Shown piece after piece: positions 50,839 through 52,044 of a DNA stretch of 52,044 nt (the first letter of the stretch is position 1; each line of letters begins with the position of its first letter). The translations under genes were made by a program, and so were the position numbers. Under the pieces are notes generated by a model that saw only the letters and a program-made list of their open reading frames with translations, did no database searches and was not told where the DNA came from. Origin of the DNA: an uncultured Gaiellales bacterium (GTDB lineage Bacteria > Actinomycetota > Thermoleophilia > Gaiellales > Gaiellaceae); assembly GCA_964569165.1 (NCBI GenBank), contig CAZMUG010000002.1, forward strand, positions 1-52,044, in the 5' to 3' direction.

Positions 50839-51841
50839 CGAGCCGGCACAGCGCGCCGGCCAGCACCTCCGCAGCGAGCGCCACGTCCTCCGGGCTCGAG
50901 AGCTCGTCCGGCGAGTGGCTGACGCCGCCGTTGAGGCTGCGGACGAAGAGCATCGCCGCGTCGACGCCGGCCGTCGCGAGAATCCCCGCGTCGTGGCCTG
51001 CCCCGGAGGGCAGCTCGACCACCTCGAGCCCGCGCCCGGCGATCTCGTCGCGAACCGCGCCACGGGCGGCTCCGGTGAACGCCGCCGGCTCGACGCGGTA
51101 GCCGGGCTCGAAGCCGATCGCATCGATCAGGCCGTCCAGCCGCTCCCGGTCGGGCGCCCGCACGTCGAGGCTCAGCCGCACGCGTGCGGGGATGACGTTC
51201 GCGCCGCCGGGCTCGACCTCGACGATCCCGATCGTCGCGACGCCCTCCTCCACCGCGAGCGCGAGTTCGCGGACGCGCAGGATCTCCGCCGCCGCAGCGA
51301 CGAGCGCGTCGTCGCGGCCCTGCATCGGCGTGGTCCCGGCGTGGCCCGCACGACCCTCGAGAACGACCGAGCCGCGCGCATAGCCGACGATCCCGGTGAC
51401 GACGCCGACCGGAGCGCCTCGCGCGGCGAGTCTCGGGCCCTGCTCCACGTGCAGCTCCAGGAACGCGCGGGGAAGCTCCCCGCCGAAGTCGCAGAGCGCG
51501 CGCGACCCGACGCAGCCGACCTCCTCCCCGCGAAACGCCACGACCGACCCCGCCCCGGTCTGCTCCACGGCATGGATCGCAGCGACGACACCGAGCGCGC
51601 CGTCGAGGCGACCGCCCTCCGGGACCGAGTCGAGATGCGATCCCACCCACACGTCCGCATGGCGCATCGAGCGCCCGAGGAGGTTCCCGTGCCGGTCCAC
51701 GTCGACGGCGAGGCCCGCCTCCTCGAGCCACATCCCGGCGAGTCGGTGGGCCTCGTCCTCCGCAGGGCTCGGATGCGGCCGGTTCGCGCCCGGTCCGCCC
51801 CCGATCGCGTACAGCTCGTCCAGCCGTTCCTCGATGCGCAT
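50825..51841 (-). CDS. M20-family amidase of the allantoate amidohydrolase / N-carbamoyl-amino-acid hydrolase group
   Basis: Motifs VDRHGNLLGR, GSHLDSVPEGGRLDGALGV, EGRAGHAGTTPM, GGANVIPA and SGAGHDA. At 338 aa it is shorter than typical family members. Confidence 0.8.
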   Translation of the reverse strand: MRIEERLDELYAIGGGPGANRPHPSPAEDEAHRLAGMWLEEAGLAVDVDRHGNLLGRSMRHADVWVGSHLDSVPEGGRLDGALGVVAAIHAVEQTGAGSVVAFRGEEVGCVGSRALCDFGGELPRAFLELHVEQGPRLAARGAPVGVVTGIVGYARGSVVLEGRAGHAGTTPMQGRDDALVAAAAEILRVRELALAVEEGVATIGIVEVEPGGANVIPARVRLSLDVRAPDRERLDGLIDAIGFEPGYRVEPAAFTGAARGAVRDEIAGRGLEVVELPSGAGHDAGILATAGVDAAMLFVRSLNGGVSHSPDELSSPEDVALAAEVLAGALCRLVTTP

Positions 51842-51890
51842 GGGCTGAATCTAGAGGTCGCGGAGCGGCGGAGCCCGACGTGCGACCGCG

Positions 51891-52044
51891 CTAGCGCTCG
51901 AAGAGGGCGGCGACGCCCTGCCCGACGCCGACACAGAGCGTCGCGAGCCCGTAGCGGCCGTTCCGGCGTCCGAGCTCGTGGAGCAGCGAGACGACGAGGC
52001 GTGCTCCGCTCATCCCGAGGGGATGTCCGAGCGCGATCGCCCCG
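51891..52044 (-). CDS. Acetyl-CoA C-acyltransferase (thiolase), C-terminal fragment at window edge
   Basis: The minus-frame translation ...[50 protein letters not shown]-stop contains the thiolase C-terminal signature. Confidence 0.8.
   Translation of the reverse strand, partial: GAIALGHPLGMSGARLVVSLLHELGRRNGRYGLATLCVGVGQGVAALFER

Noticed and set aside
1-52044. Scan for CRISPR arrays, rRNA/tRNA genes, transposases, integrases, phage genes, toxin-antitoxin pairs or known defence systems
   Set aside because: None was recognised. The only repeats are the short palindromic elements and the junction duplication reported above. Gene content is housekeeping and catabolic, so no mobile or defence island is claimed.

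Overview
Very GC-rich bacterial chromosomal window (third codon positions are almost all G/C; GC was judged by eye, not computed). Gene content looks Actinomycetota-like, which is an inference. The window is densely coded, with many ATGA/GTGA start-stop overlaps, and is mostly core metabolism. I saw no transposase, integrase, CRISPR array, rRNA or tRNA.

Layout:
- 1-2.6 kb: a DedA-family gene and a secreted phosphodiester glycosidase.
- 2.8-12.7 kb, minus strand: a quinone supercluster. It holds futalosine-route menaquinone genes (mqnC, mqnA, two tiny membrane ORFs, mqnE), a polyprenyl-PP synthase, menG/ubiE and ubiX. These are followed upstream by menaquinol:cytochrome c reductase qcrA-qcrB-qcrC and a UbiD-family decarboxylase.
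- 12.7-19.4 kb: a frameshifted retropepsin-like gene, small and hypothetical ORFs, an AI-2E transporter, a YmdB-like phosphoesterase, a GT87/DUF2029 glycosyltransferase, GtrA and a Gly-rich membrane protein.
- 19.5-24.7 kb, minus strand: TetR, lipid kinase, then 2-oxoacid dehydrogenase E1alpha, E1beta, HIT and E2.
- 24.7-29 kb, plus strand: paaABCD followed by an AidB-like acyl-CoA dehydrogenase. No paaE is present.
- 29.4-36.7 kb: an HMA-like protein, a split ORF that reads as a SelW-like selenoprotein, a proline-racemase-family enzyme, two crotonases, EthD, two DMT transporters, PepD and a Crp/Fnr regulator.
- 36.8-52 kb: a purine uptake and catabolism supercluster. It contains a BMP-type ABC transporter fused in one operon with a three-subunit xanthine-dehydrogenase-family enzyme. 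It also holds adenine deaminase, an 8-oxoguanine/guanine-type deaminase, uraH, uraD, membrane cytochrome-c urate hydroxylase puuD, DUF3830 and an allantoate-amidohydrolase-like enzyme. A thiolase fragment sits at the window edge.

Most notable observations:
- a candidate selenoprotein gene with an in-frame TGA in a CxxU motif (29729-29965);
- a family of long perfect palindromes in the menaquinone operon, one of which carries the only usable mqnC start codon;
- three conserved genes (mqnE, paaB, GT87) whose conserved N-termini lie upstream of any ATG/GTG/TTG;
- a duplicated E1alpha/E1beta junction that creates a 21-codon chimeric mini-ORF;
- a recurring 13-bp palindrome, GGTGTC(W)GACACC, at gene boundaries;
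- a small secreted basic repeat peptide next to the Crp-family regulator.

All family assignments come from motif recognition by eye. No database search was run.
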